A DNA stretch of 64,000 bases, from NCBI GenBank assembly GCA_052174015.1, contig JBQMXM010000001.1, positions 27,962 to 91,961 on the forward strand. The letters run 5' to 3'. How positions within the stretch are numbered: the stretch's first letter is position 1; every line of letters starts with the position of its first letter. Shown here piece by piece: positions 1 through 9,280 of this stretch. A program made the position numbers and the translations under genes. This DNA comes from Clostridium sp. (GTDB lineage: Bacteria > Bacillota > Clostridia > TANB77 > CAG-508). The notes beneath the pieces are model-generated. The model worked only from the letters and a program-made list of their open reading frames with translations. It was not told the DNA's origin and ran no database searches.

Positions 1-31
1 GATGTGCTTAATTATATGCACATCTTTTTTT
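1..31 (+). terminator. Hairpin (gatgtgc/gcacatc stem) followed by a T7 run. It is a candidate intrinsic terminator for a plus-strand gene that ends upstream of the window.
   Basis: Perfect 7-bp inverted repeat at positions 1-24 followed by ttttttt. The gene it would serve is outside the window. Confidence 0.35.
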
Positions 32-92
32 CTATATTTTATTTTATATTTTTTCTATATTTTTTTATTTTTTAATTATTATATTATATATA

Positions 93-440
93 TTAATCTA
101 CAAAATTATATTTATCTTGCCATTTTTCTTTAAATATATTATATACTTCTTCTTCTATTCTAGGATTATCAAATGAAGAGTATACTTCTCCTTCTTCTTC
201 ATTTTCTTCTGTTAATTTTAATATAACTACATGTCCTTCATCTTCATCTACTTCTTCTTCGTCATCATACATAGGAGATAATACTACATATTCTTCACCT
301 TCAAATTCTATTAAATCTAAAAATTCAAATGCTGTATCTTTTCCATCTTCATCTGTTAATAATATTACTGCATTATTTACTTCTTGTAATTCTTCATCTG
401 TTACTTGTAAATCTTTTTCGTTATCCATTTTGTCCTCCAT
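93..440 (-). CDS. DUF1292 (UPF0473) family acidic protein, YrzB-like
   Basis: 115 aa, highly acidic, with the motif TDEDGKDTAFEFLDLIEFEGEEYVVL typical of DUF1292. It sits in the conserved position after ruvX and a UPF0297 gene, as in Bacillus yrzL-yrrK-yrzB. Confidence 0.75.
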   Translation of the reverse strand: MEDKMDNEKDLQVTDEELQEVNNAVILLTDEDGKDTAFEFLDLIEFEGEEYVVLSPMYDDEEEVDEDEGHVVILKLTEENEEEGEVYSSFDNPRIEEEVYNIFKEKWQDKYNFVD

Positions 441-552
441 TTTTTGATATTATTGATATTATACACTATTTTTATTTAAATTTAAAGTATTATTAATAAT
501 ATTACATAATTGTATTATATATTATTATTATATATATGTTTTAATACTTAAT

Positions 553-993
553 CTATACTTCTCTTCTTTTAATATATGAATTTAAGATATTAACTGCCGC
601 TAATTGATCTATTATTCCTTTTTTCTTACGACTTTTAATTTGCATTTCTGTCATAATTGTATTTGCTTCTATACTTGTATATCTTTCATCTTCTTCAAAT
701 ATTGGTATTTTTGGAAATTTGCATTTTAATTTATGTTTAAATTCTTTAGTTATTTTTGCTCTTTCTCCTTCTGTCCCATCTTCATTATATGGAATTCCAA
801 TAACAATTTCTTCTACATTATATTCTTCTATTATTTCAGCTATTCTTTTTAATAGTTTTCTATCTCTTGATTTTACAAAATCTTTTTCTTTTTTAGTATC
901 AATTGTTTCAAGTCCATATACAGTTATATTTAATGGGTCTGTTAATGCTATACCTGTTCTAGCATTCCCATAATCTATAGCCATTATTCTCAT
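553..993 (-). CDS. ruvX: Holliday junction resolvase-like RuvX (YqgF)
   Basis: The N-terminus MRIMAIDYGNARTGIALTD matches the RuvX/YqgF motif. Start moved to the internal ATG at 993 (GGTGG RBS 5 nt upstream); the ORF-track start at 1005 has no RBS. Confidence 0.85.
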   Translation of the reverse strand: MRIMAIDYGNARTGIALTDPLNITVYGLETIDTKKEKDFVKSRDRKLLKRIAEIIEEYNVEEIVIGIPYNEDGTEGERAKITKEFKHKLKCKFPKIPIFEEDERYTSIEANTIMTEMQIKSRKKKGIIDQLAAVNILNSYIKRREV

Positions 994-1005
994 TTTTACC
1001 ACCAT

Positions 1006-1257
1006 CTAATACTTTAAGTTTTCAAAATATTTTGTTAATAATTCTTCTATTATTTCTTCTTTTCCTAATTCTGTAATTATTTTTCTAGAATCATTATAGT
1101 TTGTAATATATGTAGGGTCATTTGTTTCTAAAAAACCTAAAATTTGATGTATAGGATTATATCCTTTTTCTATTAATGAATAATATACTTTTTTCAATTC
1201 TTTTGAAACATCTTTTGTTTCAAATAGGTTGAATTCTTTAGTTTCTTGATTTGTCAT
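1006..1257 (-). CDS. UPF0297 family protein (IreB/YrzL-like)
   Basis: 83 aa; LIEKGYNPIHQILGFLETNDPTYITNYNDSRKII matches the YrzL/IreB family. AGGAGG RBS upstream of the ATG at 1257. Confidence 0.8.
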   Translation of the reverse strand: MTNQETKEFNLFETKDVSKELKKVYYSLIEKGYNPIHQILGFLETNDPTYITNYNDSRKIITELGKEEIIEELLTKYFENLKY

Positions 1258-1281
1258 ATGCCCCTCCTTACTATATCCTTA

Positions 1282-2571
1282 TTATATATATATAACATCA
1301 TTTGAATATTCATTTTGATCAATATAATCTTCTAATTTTTTTGATATTACATCTAATGCTGTATTCTTATAATATGGTGTAACCACTATATTTATTTTCA
1401 TATTATCTTTATATAATATTTCTTTATCCGATTTTTCGTCTTTTTCTTGTATTTCTTCTGTTTCTTTTGTATCTTCTTTATCTACTTTCTTCTTATCAAT
1501 TTTTTCATCTACTTTTTCATCTTTTGAAGTTTCTGTTTCTACTTCTTGAATATCTATTGTTTCTTCTATTTGTTCTTCAGTATTTACATCTGTTTTGTTT
1601 AACTCATCATTTATAATAATACCTGTTTCAATTTTAAGTACTTCTATTTGTTCTATTTTTTCTTTAAATTCTTTTAATATTTTCTCTATTTGATGTTTTT
1701 GTTTTCCTGGAAATGCTAATAGGAATCTTGGACCCATATATCTAACATATATTGTATCTGGAATTTGTTTTAATAATTCTTCATATATTTTTTTAGATAT
1801 TTGCTCTATAACTATATTTCCACCTTGTCTTGTGAATTTTTGATTTATTTCCTCTATATTTAAAATTTTAATCATTGTTAATTGTGATATAACTGTCTCA
1901 TCTAATCTTCTTTTTCCTTCTGTTAACATATATTCAAAACTCTTCATATTTGAATATTTATCATCTCTAACCATATTTTCTAAGGCAGATTCATAACCTA
2001 ATGTTAAAATTGTATCAAGCATTGCTCCTCTTAGTATATTTAATATTTCTACATCAATTGAATCAAATGCATGTGATTTTGAAGATTCTATTACCCAATA
2101 TCCTAAATACATATTATCTTTTAAAAATGGTAGAAATATTGATGATTTAGCTTGTCTAAAATTAACATTTGTATATATTAAGTTTTCTTCTGTTTCGTCT
2201 AATGTTAAATATTTCACATCATTATTTTTTATACTTGTCTTATATATATCTAATAATTGCATTTTTAATATTTCTTCTTTATCTTGTTCAGGAATATTTG
2301 TCATTTTTATTACATAATTTATTCCATTAAAATGTACTATAGTAGAATAGTCTACATTTAATTTTGTTAAAAGTAGGTTGTTTAATTTTTCCATTTTATC
2401 CATTACAGATACTGAAGATGATGCAATTTCAATGATTTCTTTCATTATGTATAATTTATTCATCTTCTTTTTAGATCTATTTACTAATTTTAAATTATGA
2501 TTAGTATGTAGATTATATGCGACTAACGCTATTATTAATATTACTTCTAAAATTACTATTCCTATTATCAA
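1282..2571 (-). CDS. Membrane-anchored protein with a GAF-like region and a degenerate GGDEF domain (GGEEF replaced by MGPRF), plus an acidic C-terminal tail
   Basis: N-terminal TM helix. The segment LTEGKRRL...ILNIEEINQKFTRQGGNIV...VRYMGPRFLLAFPGK is colinear with the GGDEF consensus (LTGLxNRR...LDIDxFKxINDxxGHxxGD...ARYGGEEFxxLLP), but the catalytic residues are replaced. Apparent TTG start. Confidence 0.5.
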   Translation of the reverse strand: MIIGIVILEVILIIALVAYNLHTNHNLKLVNRSKKKMNKLYIMKEIIEIASSSVSVMDKMEKLNNLLLTKLNVDYSTIVHFNGINYVIKMTNIPEQDKEEILKMQLLDIYKTSIKNNDVKYLTLDETEENLIYTNVNFRQAKSSIFLPFLKDNMYLGYWVIESSKSHAFDSIDVEILNILRGAMLDTILTLGYESALENMVRDDKYSNMKSFEYMLTEGKRRLDETVISQLTMIKILNIEEINQKFTRQGGNIVIEQISKKIYEELLKQIPDTIYVRYMGPRFLLAFPGKQKHQIEKILKEFKEKIEQIEVLKIETGIIINDELNKTDVNTEEQIEETIDIQEVETETSKDEKVDEKIDKKKVDKEDTKETEEIQEKDEKSDKEILYKDNMKINIVVTPYYKNTALDVISKKLEDYIDQNEYSNDVIYI

Positions 2572-2631
2572 TTTTAAATTTTCCTTTCATATTAAATTAT
2601 TAATTATTAATTATTAGTTATATATTTTAAC

Positions 2632-4275
2632 CTACATATTATTACCCCTTGATACTAATGGATAAATATTATGTGCTAAAAGTTTTATTTCTTCTATAAA
2701 TTTTTTAGGATATCCTGCAAGTTCAAACTTACATTGAATAATTTGTTCTAAATATTTTTGATATGCCATTAAATTAAATGGAATTGAAAATACATTTACA
2801 TTTTCTCTATTAAATAATGATATTCTTTCTTGCATAGTTGGACTATTATACATAGATATACCTCCAACTATTTGTTTTTTAGTTAATCCTCTAACTCCTA
2901 CTTCCTTATTTAAAACTATATTTATTTTTTCATCTGTTAATATATTTCTTAATTTTAATCCTTTTAAAAATTCTGTTAATGGTTGAATTGTAAGGATGTC
3001 TAATGATTGTACAAGATATATTTCTTTTGCTAATTGAAAATATTCAAGTTCTGTTTCAAAATCTGAATCTATTAATATAACTGTATGATTCTTATATAAT
3101 GTATTTATAACATTATATGGTGAAACTTCTAATTTCATTCCTCCAGGTACTGAAGTATATACTGTTAAATTATTATCTACTTGTATGCCTTGTGCTATGC
3201 CTTTATCTAATTTTAATATAGATATTTGAGCGATTTGTTTTAATCTCTCATCACTATTTGTAGACATATAGTATGAATTCTTATTTTTTGTAACATCTAA
3301 TATTGCTGTATTTATTCCTAATTTTGAAAACAATACTGCAATTGTATTTACTAAAAATGATACTCCATTTTTAGTTGTTCCTACAAATATTACTGCTTTC
3401 TTATTTTGATAATTTAAACTCCCTGTGTCATATCTCATTTTAGATACATTATTTTGCGTTTGTACAACATTTGGCTTTATTTCTTTTACTGCACTTACTA
3501 CACTCTGTTTTTCAACTGGTTGCTCTACAACTTTTGATACTATTTCTTTTTGCACTATAGCTCTATCTTGTTCTACAGTTTTAACATTTGAATTATTAAA
3601 TCTTTTTACAATTTCATTTTCATTTCTTAATACTGTTTGAACTTGTATAGGTAACTTGTTTAAAATATATTTTAATTCTTCATCATTATATTGTGTTGCT
3701 ATCTTATTAAATATTTCTGAATATTTATTAACTTTTTCTATATTTTTTTGATAAAAATCTAAAATACTTTTTAATTGTATCTTAGGTATTGCGCCTTCTT
3801 CTTCACTAATTATTCTTTCTTTTTCTACTACATTAATATTATAATACATCTTTGCTTCTTGTGAAGTTCTTGGTTTTTTTAACAAGTTACATACATTAGT
3901 TATTTTTCTATCTTTACCTATCAAAGCATTGTATATACCTATTTTAAATAGTTGTTCTAAAAATTGTTCTCCAAAATTCCTATTTTCTTTAGTTATTAAA
4001 ACTACAGGTATAATTTGTTCATTTTTGTTTATAGAAATATCAGTTATCTTATCTAAAATGGAAATTAAATTTTTATCATGTTTATCATTAGAAATTTCTT
4101 CTAAATTTTCATCTAATACTATTACATCATAATCTTTTACTGTTTCCAATTCTTTTATAACTGAATTATAATAATATACATTTTTGTATATTAATACTTC
4201 ATTATTAAGTTTTTGATATTTATTAATAACTAATTCTGATATTTTTTCACTGCTTACTGCAAATAATACTTTCAT
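2632..4275 (-). CDS. Receiver-like N-terminal domain plus MinD/ParA-like C-terminal domain with a degenerate Walker A (TadZ/CpaE-like architecture, probably a pseudo-ATPase)
   Basis: N-terminal region VLFAVSSEK...DVIVLDENLE is CheY-like. The C-terminal region KAVIFVGTTKNGVSFLVNTIA...VILIDSD is ParA-fold-like, but GKS/T is replaced by GVS. Start placed at the ATG at 4275 (AAAGGATGG RBS); it overlaps the stop of the upstream gene (TAATG). Confidence 0.45.
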   Translation of the reverse strand: MKVLFAVSSEKISELVINKYQKLNNEVLIYKNVYYYNSVIKELETVKDYDVIVLDENLEEISNDKHDKNLISILDKITDISINKNEQIIPVVLITKENRNFGEQFLEQLFKIGIYNALIGKDRKITNVCNLLKKPRTSQEAKMYYNINVVEKERIISEEEGAIPKIQLKSILDFYQKNIEKVNKYSEIFNKIATQYNDEELKYILNKLPIQVQTVLRNENEIVKRFNNSNVKTVEQDRAIVQKEIVSKVVEQPVEKQSVVSAVKEIKPNVVQTQNNVSKMRYDTGSLNYQNKKAVIFVGTTKNGVSFLVNTIAVLFSKLGINTAILDVTKNKNSYYMSTNSDERLKQIAQISILKLDKGIAQGIQVDNNLTVYTSVPGGMKLEVSPYNVINTLYKNHTVILIDSDFETELEYFQLAKEIYLVQSLDILTIQPLTEFLKGLKLRNILTDEKINIVLNKEVGVRGLTKKQIVGGISMYNSPTMQERISLFNRENVNVFSIPFNLMAYQKYLEQIIQCKFELAGYPKKFIEEIKLLAHNIYPLVSRGNNM

Positions 4276-4865
4276 TAATTTATCCATCCTTTAGTAATTA
4301 TAGTAAATATTAATGGTAGAATTTCAATTACTGCAAAAATAGCTAATATCATAACTCTTTTTTTTCTGCTATTTTTCATACTTTCTTCATCATCTCTAAA
4401 GATTTTATCATGTGAGAAACTAATAATTAACAATATTATTGTTAGTGGTATAAATATAAATGCTAATATTTTTAATATATATAATATTATTGCAAGCCAT
4501 ATTTTACCATTGTATTTTTCTTTTAAATTTTCTAAATCTGTAATTGCATTTTGTCCAAATATAGATAATTTTGTTTTTTTGTTTTCAATATTATTTTTTA
4601 TTTTATTATTTATTTGTTCACCTTGTTTATTTATTTGATTTGTTGCATTATTATTTTGATTATTCTTTTTATTTGAATCTCCTAAATCAAATATCTTAGT
4701 TCCAAAGTTCTTATTTATATCTACATTTTCTTGATTTCCTTTTAGTCTAATATCATCTCCAAAAACATTAGGAATATCTACATTTGTTGCTTTAACTATT
4801 AAAGTAGTATTTAATATACAAAAAAATACAATTAATAATATACTAATTTTTTTAATATTTTTCAC
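4275..4865 (-). CDS. Hypothetical envelope protein: N-terminal signal peptide/TM and C-terminal double TM, Asn-rich
   Basis: 196 aa. N-terminal hydrophobic segment ISILLIVFFCILNTTLIVKA, with two predicted TM helices near the C-terminus. GTG start with a GAGAGG RBS. Translationally coupled to the downstream gene. Confidence 0.45.
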   Translation of the reverse strand: MKNIKKISILLIVFFCILNTTLIVKATNVDIPNVFGDDIRLKGNQENVDINKNFGTKIFDLGDSNKKNNQNNNATNQINKQGEQINNKIKNNIENKKTKLSIFGQNAITDLENLKEKYNGKIWLAIILYILKILAFIFIPLTIILLIISFSHDKIFRDDEESMKNSRKKRVMILAIFAVIEILPLIFTIITKGWIN

Positions 4866-5060
4866 TTATTACCTCTCTATCTTCTTTTTATTATTTAAAA
4901 TTATTTTTCTACCTATTTACTATATATTTTCTTTTGTATATATTACTTTAATTATACTTACAATCCTATATTTTTTCAACTAATTTTATATATTAATTAC
5001 AAATACTTAATAATAAAAAGAGGAATCTTTAGATTCCTCTTGCCTCTACTCTATATATTA

Positions 5061-5915
5061 TTAATTTTTCTTAATTTTTCCTATTAATAATTTTCCTGAT
5101 TTTTCTACAACTTCTAAATTATAATTTGTTTCTGTATAGTTTGATACATCTTCTTTTGATAGTTTAGGACTCCATCCATCTCTATATCTTACATTTACTG
5201 TATATGTTTTTACTCCATTTTCTTCTTTTAATTCACCTTTAGTTATAGTAACATCATATACTCCTGCACCTGTTGGTTGTTCTATTTTAACTAAATCTTC
5301 TTTAGAATAATATTCTAAATTTTTTAATGATATTCCGTTTACAAATGTTTTTTCACTTGCTGCTTTTAATTGAGCACCTTTTACATATATTGAATTATCA
5401 TCTCCAGCTTTTAAATATTTTTTTGCATCTTTAGATAATTGATTTGCTCTGAATTTTCTAACATTGTTTAATTCAACTGTTATTGCTGCTTTTGTTGAAT
5501 CTGAAAGTTCTTTATATGATTTACCAGCTTTTTCTGCTTCTGTACTTATATATAAGTCAACTAATTTTCTTTGTTCTTTTTTAAATATATTATTTGCTAT
5601 TTTTGCTTTTTCTACATTATTTATTGCTCTTGGTTGAGTAGTTTTGGCTTTTTGGTTATCTTCTTTTTTGTTTTCTTCTTGTTTATTTTCTTCTTGTTTT
5701 GCTTCTCTTAATTTTTTAAGTTCTGCTAAATTTTTTTCATTTTGTTCTTGTACTTTTTGTAAATGAAGTTTTGTTTGACTTTCTATTTTTTTAATTTCTT
5801 TTATTTTTAAACTAGCTGTTAATTGTAATACTCCTATTAATATTATTAATAACACTATTAAAGTATATAAAAATACTTTGATTTTATCTTTTTTTGGCTT
5901 GTTATTTTCTTCCAT
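5061..5915 (-). CDS. Hypothetical membrane-anchored coiled-coil protein with a C-terminal beta-rich domain
   Basis: 284 aa. N-terminal TM helix, then a Lys/Glu-rich coiled-coil segment, then a Gly/Val/Tyr/Thr-rich C-terminal domain. Strong GGAGG RBS. First gene of an apparent four-gene operon. Confidence 0.5.
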   Translation of the reverse strand: MEENNKPKKDKIKVFLYTLIVLLIILIGVLQLTASLKIKEIKKIESQTKLHLQKVQEQNEKNLAELKKLREAKQEENKQEENKKEDNQKAKTTQPRAINNVEKAKIANNIFKKEQRKLVDLYISTEAEKAGKSYKELSDSTKAAITVELNNVRKFRANQLSKDAKKYLKAGDDNSIYVKGAQLKAASEKTFVNGISLKNLEYYSKEDLVKIEQPTGAGVYDVTITKGELKEENGVKTYTVNVRYRDGWSPKLSKEDVSNYTETNYNLEVVEKSGKLLIGKIKKN

Positions 5916-6201
5916 TTTTTCCTCCGTTTTATTATATTTTTGATTAATTGAATTTTAACATATTTTAAAAATTTTTGTAATAATTATTACATTTCTATTT
6001 CAATTTTTCACGATTTTTTTCGCACTATATTTTTAGTGCTTATCCCACATTTTTAATCTTTCCAAAATATTAATATAATCCATAAATTCAACTAATCTAT
6101 ATACAAATTATTAATACTATACTTCAATATTATTAAATTATACCATTGTTTTACTTTTTTTAAATTTATGATAAAATACTATATAATTAAAGGAGAAATT
6201 T

Positions 6202-7458
6202 ATGAACTATACACCAATTAATAATGTTTTAGGAATAATTTGTGAATATAATCCATTTCATAATGGACATTTATCACATATAGAAAAAAGTAAAAAATTA
6301 ACTAATGCAACTCATACTATTGCTTTAATGAGTGGAAATTTTACTCAAAGAAGTGAACCTGCAATTATTGATAAATGGTCTAGAGCTGAAATGGCTATTT
6401 TAAATGGTGTTGATTTAGTTATTGAATTACCTAATATATTTGCAACTGCTTCTGCAGAAGATTTTGCATATGGTGCAATCAAAATATTTAAGGAATTAAA
6501 AATTGTATCTAAGCTTTCTTTTGGTAGTGAATGTGGAGATATTAAAAAGTTAGAAAATTTAGCAGACCTATTTTTAATTCAACCTGAAGAATTTATGTAC
6601 CATTTAGAAAATGCTTTATCTACGGGGGCATCATATCCGTCAGCTTTATCTAAAGCTACGGATTTAACATTAAAAAGTAAGATATATAGTGATATTTTAA
6701 ATAATCCTAATAATGTTTTAGGGATAGAATATATTAAACAAATCAAACAACAAAACTTTCCAGTTACTGCAATTACAATTAAAAGAAATGAACCACATAA
6801 TACTGATGATGTTGCTACTATAGGTAATATCTCAAGTGGAAGTAGAATTAGAAAAGCAATTATACAAAATGAAGAGTTTAAACAAAGTATCCCACAAAAT
6901 GTATACAATATATTATTAAATAATTTAAAATATATAACTACATCTTCATTAAAACCTTTTGAATCTATACTCTTCTATAATATATTAACAATGAGTTTAG
7001 AAGAACTTGCAAATACACAAGATGTTTCTGAAGGTTTAGAAAATCGTATTAAAAAAGCAGCATTTATTTCTAAAAACTATGAAGAACTAGTATCAAATAT
7101 TAAATCTAAAAGATATACTGAAAGTAAGGTTCGTCGTATTCTTTTAAATATATTACTTAAAACTACTAAAAAAGATATGCATACTGCAAAATCAAGTAAA
7201 CCATATATACGAGTTTTAGGATTTAATAACAAAGGTAAAGACTTAATTAAGTTAATAGCTGAAAACAATCCTAAATTGGATATTATTGTATCTGTAGCAA
7301 GTTTTGAAAAAGAAAATATAAACAAATCAAAGTCAAGAATATTTAACAAAGATATATTAGCAACAGACCTTTATTCTCTTTCTACTACTCCATATTTACC
7401 TATAAAGTTAGACTATACTCAAAAGGTTGTATACATAAATAATGATAAAAACTCATAA
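6202..7458 (+). CDS. tmcAL: tRNA(Met) cytidine acetate ligase TmcAL (YlbM-like nucleotidyltransferase)
   Basis: N-terminus GIICEYNPFHNGHLSHI matches TmcAL/YlbM. AAGGAG RBS 7 nt upstream of the ATG. Confidence 0.8.
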   Translation: MNYTPINNVLGIICEYNPFHNGHLSHIEKSKKLTNATHTIALMSGNFTQRSEPAIIDKWSRAEMAILNGVDLVIELPNIFATASAEDFAYGAIKIFKELKIVSKLSFGSECGDIKKLENLADLFLIQPEEFMYHLENALSTGASYPSALSKATDLTLKSKIYSDILNNPNNVLGIEYIKQIKQQNFPVTAITIKRNEPHNTDDVATIGNISSGSRIRKAIIQNEEFKQSIPQNVYNILLNNLKYITTSSLKPFESILFYNILTMSLEELANTQDVSEGLENRIKKAAFISKNYEELVSNIKSKRYTESKVRRILLNILLKTTKKDMHTAKSSKPYIRVLGFNNKGKDLIKLIAENNPKLDIIVSVASFEKENINKSKSRIFNKDILATDLYSLSTTPYLPIKLDYTQKVVYINNDKNS

Positions 7459-7534
7459 GTTACAATAATTTTTATACAATTTAATCATAATTTAAAAAAC
7501 AATAAATAAATATTAAATATATACATAAATAAAT

Positions 7535-7600
7535 AAAGAAAAGAAAAGAAAAGAAAAGAATAGAAAAGAAAAGAATAGAATAGAATAAAATTAAATTAAA
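7535..7600. repeat. Simple A-rich pentamer repeat (AAAGA/AATAG units) ending in gaatagaatagaat-aaattaaattaaa
   Basis: aaagaaaagaaaagaaaagaaaagaatagaaaagaaaagaatagaatagaataaaattaaattaaa read directly in the sequence. The 3' part recurs at 59034-59078. Confidence 0.7.
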
Positions 7601-7602
7601 AA

Positions 7603-7636
7603 GAAAATGTACAAAAATACATTTTCTTTTAATTTT
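7603..7636. terminator. Bidirectional intrinsic terminator between convergent tmcAL (+) and the pilin-like gene (-)
   Basis: Stem gaaaatgta/tacattttc with a 6-nt loop, flanked by an A-run 5' and a T-run 3'. Confidence 0.6.
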
Positions 7637-7772
7637 GTTTGTATATATATTTACATTATTTTAATCTTTTATCTTCCATTGTCCTGCACTTACTTTCTCT
7701 ATCATACTTCCATCTAAATGTACTACAGGTCTTAAAAAATTACTAGGATTATCCTCATCCATAAGATCATCT

Positions 7773-9035
7773 TCAAATATAACGAAAGCTCCGAGCAGGA
7801 GTTAAGCAAACCCCACTACAATGAGCAACACTAAAAAACCTATTATTGTGTATGCCATTAATATAACGAAAAGCCATCCAATATTCATTATCCTTAAATA
7901 TATGTCCTTTTAACTTTTCCTTACTTTCTTTCACCTTTGAATCTGTTACTAAATCCTTATCATATTGTTCTTCCGTATTAGTTATACTATAAGATTTACT
8001 ATCAAATCCTTTTTTATCTGCACTAAGTCCATTTTCTTGTGTGCTACTTATTGTTAGATAATATGTTTCTGGACATCTAGTTATTGGATTCATATAGTAT
8101 TTTTCAAATCCTTTTTTTTCATCTTCTGTAAAATCTGAGTATTGTTCACCTTTCATTATCTTAACTATATCTTCCATAGTCATACTTCTTGCACCAGAAC
8201 CAGTTAATGTTCTCATTTGGACTTCTTCTGTATACTTATTACCTATTTGATATGTTGTTGTAATTTTTTTAGCCCCTTTTCCATGTCCATACACGCTACA
8301 CGCTTTATGTAATTCTTCTTCTGCATATAACCAACCTGTTCCACCTTTAAGTGTAAACTTATTATTTTCTCCACCTACTATATCTCCTATAGGTTCTTTT
8401 GAGATTACTTTTATTTGATTATTAGCAGTAGATATAACTACCCATTCATTATTAGTATTTTTAGCTGTTACAGTTTGAGTGCCATATCTATTACCACCTG
8501 TTTGTACTGTACCTTCTTGACTTGTATATGTTAGTTTACTGTTATCAGTTACTCCCTTTGTTGGGTCATAATAAACTATATCTCCAATCTTTAAATCTAT
8601 AGGTGCTATCGGCGTAGTTGTTTGAGTTTCCGCTTGCCCTATTGATTTTCTTTTTATTATACCATTATCTATTTCATAATCTACTGTATATTCATCATGT
8701 TTTGTTTTAAATTTTAGTAATTTTCCATTTTCTTCTACATTTATTTCTCCTTCTAAACCTATACCTTGTTTATCTAATTCATCTTTAAAAGTAACTTTAT
8801 TAAATTTTCCATCTTTATTTGTAAAACTTGCACTATATGCTGTCATTATTCTGTCTTTTTCTTGTGCTATTTCTTGCTCTTGCTTACTTTCTCTTGACTT
8901 AAATATTAATCCATTTTGCCCAAGTGCTAAACTAAGTGCTACTCCTGCAAGTATTAGTAATACTATTATTGTAAGTACTAATGCAATTAGTGTTATACCA
9001 TTATTTGTATTATCATTTTTCTTTTGTTTATACAT
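7773..9035 (-). CDS. Large (420 aa) prepilin-type N-terminal domain protein (pilin/pseudopilin-like) with a non-canonical +5 residue (Ala instead of Glu)
   Basis: The N-terminus KKNDNTNNGITLIALVLTIIVLLILAG is a class III (type IV prepilin-like) signal, G|ITLIALV. The C-terminal 18 aa are encoded by an atypical GC-rich patch. AGGAG RBS. Confidence 0.55.
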   Translation of the reverse strand: MYKQKKNDNTNNGITLIALVLTIIVLLILAGVALSLALGQNGLIFKSRESKQEQEIAQEKDRIMTAYSASFTNKDGKFNKVTFKDELDKQGIGLEGEINVEENGKLLKFKTKHDEYTVDYEIDNGIIKRKSIGQAETQTTTPIAPIDLKIGDIVYYDPTKGVTDNSKLTYTSQEGTVQTGGNRYGTQTVTAKNTNNEWVVISTANNQIKVISKEPIGDIVGGENNKFTLKGGTGWLYAEEELHKACSVYGHGKGAKKITTTYQIGNKYTEEVQMRTLTGSGARSMTMEDIVKIMKGEQYSDFTEDEKKGFEKYYMNPITRCPETYYLTISSTQENGLSADKKGFDSKSYSITNTEEQYDKDLVTDSKVKESKEKLKGHIFKDNEYWMAFRYINGIHNNRFFSVAHCSGVCLTPARSFRYI

Positions 9036-9232
9036 TATATCTCCTAATTTTTTTATATATTAAGTTATTTTTTAAACTTAATTTTAATACAATTTAATTA
9101 TATATAATCTAAATTAAAAAATTATAATTTTAATTACTAATTAATATTTAATTTAATAAGATTTTAATATTATTGTAATATTTTTAACACCTATCATTGA
9201 CATTAAGCCAATAAAAATATTAAAAAACAAAA

Positions 9233-9261
9233 AATAAGTTAAATTAAAAGTTTAACTTATT
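9233..9261 (-). terminator. Intrinsic terminator downstream of the GtrA/GT operon
   Basis: 11-bp stem aataagttaaa/tttaacttatt, followed on the minus strand by ttttttgtttttt. Confidence 0.6.
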
Positions 9262-9280
9262 TTAAAATTATTTTTAATTA

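Noticed and set aside
719-973. Plus-strand 84-aa ORF and the many other 60-160-aa plus-strand ORFs in the six-frame track. Examples: 3425..3640, 6579..6908(-), 12379..12765, 21383..21718, 27110..27400, 34145..34630, 39692..40285, 52145..52633, 53725..54207, 56995..57570.
   Set aside because: They lie entirely inside well-supported genes on the opposite strand. Their Phe/Leu/Ile/Ser-rich low-complexity composition is what antisense frames of an AT-rich coding strand look like. They have no RBS.
7460-7700. CRISPR array, integrase or transposase signatures in the larger intergenic regions (7460-7770, 9036-9280, 58813-59173, 50602-50864).
   Set aside because: The only repeats are simple AT-rich micro- and minisatellites without unique spacers. 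No ORF resembling a recombinase or Cas protein is present.
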